Assembly: GCA_963700635.1 (NCBI GenBank)
Contig: CAVOYH010000001.1
Span: 416,001-480,000 of the forward strand
Direction of reading: 5' to 3'
Length of the DNA stretch: 64,000 nt
Source of the DNA: an uncultured Bacteroidota bacterium
Lineage (GTDB): Bacteria > Bacteroidota > Ignavibacteria > UBA10030 > UBA6906
In this document: positions 60,378-64,000 of the stretch, piece by piece
Numbering within the stretch: the stretch's first letter is position 1
Layout: each line of letters starts with the position of its first letter
Translations under genes and position numbers: made by a program
Notes under the pieces: model-generated
The model's input: the letters and a program-made list of their open reading frames with translations, nothing else
The model's database searches: none
What the model was told of the DNA's origin: nothing

Positions 60378-60778
60378 TTGTTGAGGGCTCCTTCGCCGAT
60401 CCAGGCACGGATGCCGGTGATCTGATTCTGGTTTAATGCCCTGCGGTTCAGCGGCATTTGGGACCCGACCCTTCCTTCTATCCTCATCACAAGCGTACTC
60501 TGATCTGGCTGTCCCCTGACGATCACAAGTTGCCCGCCGAACATCAGGTTGTCATACGACGTGAGCCGGAGTCCGCTCTGCTGTTGCCCGTCGGCGTGAC
60601 AGCCCGTCAGGGCACAGGTCTGATTAAAAAGCGGCTGGACATGCTGGGTGAAGCTCACATTTGCAACCGGAAACACGATATTCGAAGGGCTGTCGCCGTC
60701 AACGGGGTTCTCATCTTTACAACCAATTCCCGACAGCAAACAGGCGGAGAGAATCAGCAGAGCGATTCGTGTACTCAC
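60374..60778 (-). CDS. Lipoprotein with planctomycete-type cytochrome c-like domain
   Basis: Lipobox-like GIGC, VSFTQHVQPLF...CALTGCH, GLRLTSY, G.PDQS.L..RI, QMP and IRAWI..GA. GTG start just after the upstream stop. Confidence 0.7.
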   Translation of the reverse strand: MSTRIALLILSACLLSGIGCKDENPVDGDSPSNIVFPVANVSFTQHVQPLFNQTCALTGCHADGQQQSGLRLTSYDNLMFGGQLVIVRGQPDQSTLVMRIEGRVGSQMPLNRRALNQNQITGIRAWIGEGALNN

Positions 60779-60779
60779 G

Positions 60780-61448
60780 TCATTCTGCCTCGTTTTTTTG
60801 CGCATCCAGATACAATATCCCGCTCATGTGTGCCGAAACGACATAACTGTAGAACAGCGTGAAGAACATGCCCACGCCAAAAAGGAGAATTCCCGCTGGT
60901 GCCAGGGACTGAATCCCGACGGCGATGAGCGCGACAATAAGCGCGTTCTGCCAGTGCGCGGTAAATAGTCGGACGACGCGGACAACATCGATCGCGTCGC
61001 TGATATGTTCCCGCTCTGCAAACCGGTAAAGGATGATGGGAGAAATCAGCGTTAAGACCAGTCCGTAGGGGATCAGGAGCAGCGTGACACCGAACATGTA
61101 GATTGTAAAAATGATGGGGATTGCCTCGGTCTCATCTCCGGCGCTGCCTGCGATCAGCAGGCCGGCTACCGGAACGAGCAGCACCACCAGGACGGGAGTC
61201 AGGTACACCGCAAAGGACACGCAAAGTTTGAATCCGAGCACGATCTTCTTGCCGATATTGTTCCATGGCGGAAGTACCGGCTCTTCCTGGCGGATAACCC
61301 GCTGTGTGACCTGTACGAAATAGCCGGCGAGAACCAGGATGCCGATGCCGAAGAAACTCAGGATCATCCAGAGTGCGGCGCCGGCGGTTTTTGAAGGCCA
61401 GGCCGGATCCTTGAAAAACGAAGAGAATGCTTTTCCAATATCGTTCAT
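60780..61448 (-). CDS. DUF4013-like membrane protein
   Basis: DIGKAFSSFFKDP.W, LAGY...V...EPVLPPW and several TM helices. Confidence 0.75.
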   Translation of the reverse strand: MNDIGKAFSSFFKDPAWPSKTAGAALWMILSFFGIGILVLAGYFVQVTQRVIRQEEPVLPPWNNIGKKIVLGFKLCVSFAVYLTPVLVVLLVPVAGLLIAGSAGDETEAIPIIFTIYMFGVTLLLIPYGLVLTLISPIILYRFAEREHISDAIDVVRVVRLFTAHWQNALIVALIAVGIQSLAPAGILLFGVGMFFTLFYSYVVSAHMSGILYLDAQKNEAE

Positions 61449-61524
61449 GAGAGTTCGGAGGTGTCCCTTGTAGAAGAAGTATACGGAAGGTTGGTCTTGT
61501 ATTCAAGCGCCTCATCGAATCCCA

Positions 61525-61553
61525 TTGCTTTTTTCACGCCTTTTCAGTATTCT
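61525..61553 (+). promoter_or_regulatory. Putative tRNA promoter
   Basis: TTGCTT-17 nt-TATTCT, 57 nt upstream of tRNA-Ala, nearly identical to the tRNA-Arg promoter boxes. Confidence 0.6.
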
Positions 61554-61610
61554 ATGGTGGAATCTGTGCAGTTGGTCGTGCTGTGTTTCCCGATTCGGAT
61601 TATCTCGTGC

Positions 61611-61683
61611 GGGGCTGTAGCTCAGTTGGGAGAGCGCGTGAATGGCATTCACGAGGTCAGGGGTTCGATCCCCCTCAGCTCCA
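61611..61683 (+). tRNA. tRNA-Ala(GGC)
   Basis: GGGGCTG/CAGCTCC acceptor stem with G3:U70, anticodon arm CGTGA-ATGGCAT-TCACG with A32-U38, and GGTTCGATC. CCA is not encoded. Confidence 0.97.
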
Positions 61684-61735
61684 CATAAGTCAGACTAAGA
61701 ATTCTGGATTCTCCATCGAGAATTCAGGGTTTCCT

Positions 61736-61758
61736 GGGACCTTCGTCGGGTCCCTTTT
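61736..61758 (+). terminator. Rho-independent terminator after tRNA-Ala
   Basis: GGGACCT-TCGTC-GGGTCCC-TTTT. A further hairpin lies at 61704-61727. Confidence 0.7.
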
Positions 61759-61796
61759 GCGTTTTGTAGGCAGGCCCGAACAACGTGGGAGCAACC

Positions 61797-63932
61797 ATGA
61801 GCCACCCTTCAAACACTAACCGGCTGGCAGCAGAAAAGAGCCCTTATCTTCTCCAGCATGCTACCAATCCGGTGGACTGGTACCCCTGGGGAGAAGATGC
61901 CTTTACCCGTGCCCGGACAGAGGACAGGCCGATATTTCTTTCCATCGGGTACTCTACCTGCCATTGGTGCCATGTTATGGAAAAAGAGTCCTTTGAAGAT
62001 CCCGCAATTGCCGGATTGCTTAATAGTCTGTTCATCCCGATCAAGGTGGATCGGGAAGAACGTCCGGATGTTGACCGCATGTATATGGCCGCGCTCCAGG
62101 CGATGGGACATAACGGCGGCTGGCCGATGTCCCTGTTTCTGACCCCTGACCTGCGTCCGTTCTACGGCGGTACATATTATCCGCCCGAGAACCGGTACGG
62201 ACGCGCCGGTTTCCCCCAGGTCCTCCGCAAGATTGATGAAGTCTGGCGGACCGAACGGAACACGGTGCTTGAGTCAGCCGGGAAGATCCTGGCCTACCTC
62301 GAGGAGGTCGCCGGTGCAACAGGTGAATCGCAGGTTGCGGCTGAGGGTATCGCCGCACGGTGTTTTGACGAGTTTGTGAGCACTTTTGACAGCGATCACG
62401 GTGGATTCGGGGGAGCACCGAAATTCCCCAGGCCCTCCGTCTTCCACTTCCTGGCCCGGCACCATTACCACACAGGGAACCGGGAAGCGCTCAGGATGAC
62501 GGATACCTCCCTGCGCGCCATGGCACGCGGGGGAGTCTACGATCACGTCGGGGGAGGATTACACAGATACTCCGTGGACGCCGGGTGGAGGGTGCCTCAT
62601 TTCGAGAAGATGCTCTATGACCAGGCCCAGTTTGTTCACGCCTGCCTGGATATGTTCCAGATCACCCGCGATCCCTTCTTTGCCTCCCTGGTTTCCGACA
62701 CGCTCGGGTATGTTCTGCGCGACCTGAAAGGAGGAGACGGGGCCTTTTTTTCCGCTGAGGATGCCGACAGTCCGCGCCCGGAAAACCCGGTGGAACATGG
62801 CGAAGGTGCGTACTACATCTGGACCGGACAGGAAATCAAGAGCCTGCTGCATGATGAAGCATCAGTCTTTTCTTATCACTACGGCGTTGAGGAAGACGGC
62901 AACGTTCCCGTTGATCCCCAGCATGAATTCACCGGACGGAACATTCTCTACCGCGCCAATGCAGAAGATGACACCGCACGGTTTGCCGGATGCACTGTTG
63001 AAGAACTCCGGGTGCGACTGGCTGCATCCCGCCGGAAGTTGTTTGAGGCCCGGCTTGCGCGCCCGAGACCACAACGTGATGACAAGGTCCTGACCTCCTG
63101 GAATGGGCTGATGATAGGCGCTGTTGCCAGGGCGTCGTTTGTTCTGGACATCCCGGCATATCTGCATGCGGCGGTTCAGGCTGCAGAGTTTGTGTTTTCC
63201 ACGCTCTATGATGTCTGGGGCGGAGTGCTGAAACGCCGGTACCGCGATGGTGAAGCGCGCCATGAAGCTCATCTGGAAGACTACGCCTTTTTGTCCAGCG
63301 GAATCCTCGCCCTGTATCGCGCTTCCGGAGACGTCACATGGCTGGAACGCGCCGTCGATCTGACGGCGACACAGGTGAGCCTGTTCTGGGATCAGGAACG
63401 CGGGGGGTTCTTCGATACATCGGGCAGGGACAAATCCGTTCTCGTCCGGATGAAAGAGCGGTATGACGGAGCGGAACCATCAGGCAATGCGGTGGCGGCT
63501 GAAAACCTGATCCAACTCGCCGCGCTTACGGGAAACCCTGAGTACCGGGTAAAAGCAGGAAAGATATTCACCTCACATTCACCCTGGCTCGAACGTCAAC
63601 CCTCGATCATGCCGTACATGGTGTCGGTTGTCGCTGTCGAGGCAGCCGGGGATTCTCAGCTCGTCATCGTGGGAGCGAATGACGATCCGCGCACACACGC
63701 ACTCCGGAAGGAGTTCGCTGTCCGGTTTCTCCCGGCGACTGTGCTTGTGCATGCTGGAGATGGTAAGGATCAGAAACGTGTTGCGGCGCTCTCTCCCGCA
63801 GCAGCCCGGCTGACACAGCACGCGGAGGAACCCACAGCATATCTCTGCGAGAATTTTACCTGCAAGCTTCCGGTTACTTCCCCCGCTGAGCTCGGGACGC
63901 TGCTTGACACAATGCAGCGTCCGCCCACGTGA
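61797..63932 (+). CDS. YyaL/SPATA20 (DUF255) thioredoxin-domain protein
   Basis: [53 protein letters not shown] and [11 protein letters not shown]. Confidence 0.95.
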   Translation: MSHPSNTNRLAAEKSPYLLQHATNPVDWYPWGEDAFTRARTEDRPIFLSIGYSTCHWCHVMEKESFEDPAIAGLLNSLFIPIKVDREERPDVDRMYMAALQAMGHNGGWPMSLFLTPDLRPFYGGTYYPPENRYGRAGFPQVLRKIDEVWRTERNTVLESAGKILAYLEEVAGATGESQVAAEGIAARCFDEFVSTFDSDHGGFGGAPKFPRPSVFHFLARHHYHTGNREALRMTDTSLRAMARGGVYDHVGGGLHRYSVDAGWRVPHFEKMLYDQAQFVHACLDMFQITRDPFFASLVSDTLGYVLRDLKGGDGAFFSAEDADSPRPENPVEHGEGAYYIWTGQEIKSLLHDEASVFSYHYGVEEDGNVPVDPQHEFTGRNILYRANAEDDTARFAGCTVEELRVRLAASRRKLFEARLARPRPQRDDKVLTSWNGLMIGAVARASFVLDIPAYLHAAVQAAEFVFSTLYDVWGGVLKRRYRDGEARHEAHLEDYAFLSSGILALYRASGDVTWLERAVDLTATQVSLFWDQERGGFFDTSGRDKSVLVRMKERYDGAEPSGNAVAAENLIQLAALTGNPEYRVKAGKIFTSHSPWLERQPSIMPYMVSVVAVEAAGDSQLVIVGANDDPRTHALRKEFAVRFLPATVLVHAGDGKDQKRVAALSPAAARLTQHAEEPTAYLCENFTCKLPVTSPAELGTLLDTMQRPPT

Positions 63933-63935
63933 GCC

Positions 63936-64000
63936 TCAGGCCGGAGTGGCCTCACCCAGAGTCAGATTAAGCGTGTAGGTCCTGCGATCGATCACCAGTG
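63936..64000 (-). CDS. Possible 3' end of a convergent gene entering from the right edge
   Basis: The minus frame reads ...LVIDRRTYTLNLTLGEATPA* with the stop 3 nt from the YyaL stop. Too short to identify. Confidence 0.3.
   Translation of the reverse strand, partial: LVIDRRTYTLNLTLGEATPA

Noticed and set aside
1-64000. CRISPR arrays, IS elements, prophage genes, rRNA or riboswitches
   Set aside because: No spaced direct repeats, transposase or phage motifs, or recognisable RNA consensus were seen by eye. A covariance-model search was not possible.

Overview
A GC-rich (roughly 55-60% by eye) chromosomal window from an FCB-group diderm, most likely Ignavibacteria-like. The evidence is T9SS-type NYPNPFNP C-termini, a PorV-like barrel, DUF1844 and GWxTD proteins, and TTG...-17-TA...T promoters with SD sequences. 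Bases 1-38.9 kb form one large alpha-glucan (starch/glycogen/maltodextrin) utilisation locus. It encodes a LacI regulator with a perfect operator, GH31, two GH13s, GH57, a GDE/amylo-1,6-glucosidase, a maltodextrin ABC system, two MFS permeases and T9SS-type secreted proteins. Notably it has no SusC/SusD pair. Instead it has a tightly coupled triad: a non-SusC TonB-dependent receptor, a 1283-aa Ca-motif/FN3 protein with a variant T9SS-like C-terminus, and a dedicated PorV-like barrel. Further downstream are a parvulin-like foldase and two convergent SGNH-TPR paralogs. This triad is the best candidate for an undescribed glycan-capture system. Two genes are broken by five +1 frameshifts, probably sequence errors. 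Bases 39-64 kb are mainly housekeeping: LPS genes, tsaC, tRNA-Arg(CCG), a MATE pump, an Rsb-like partner-switching cluster, an atypical tyrosine recombinase overlapping leuS, msbA, nadK, tRNA-Ala(GGC) and a YyaL/SPATA20 protein. All calls come from motif recognition by eye; no searches were run.
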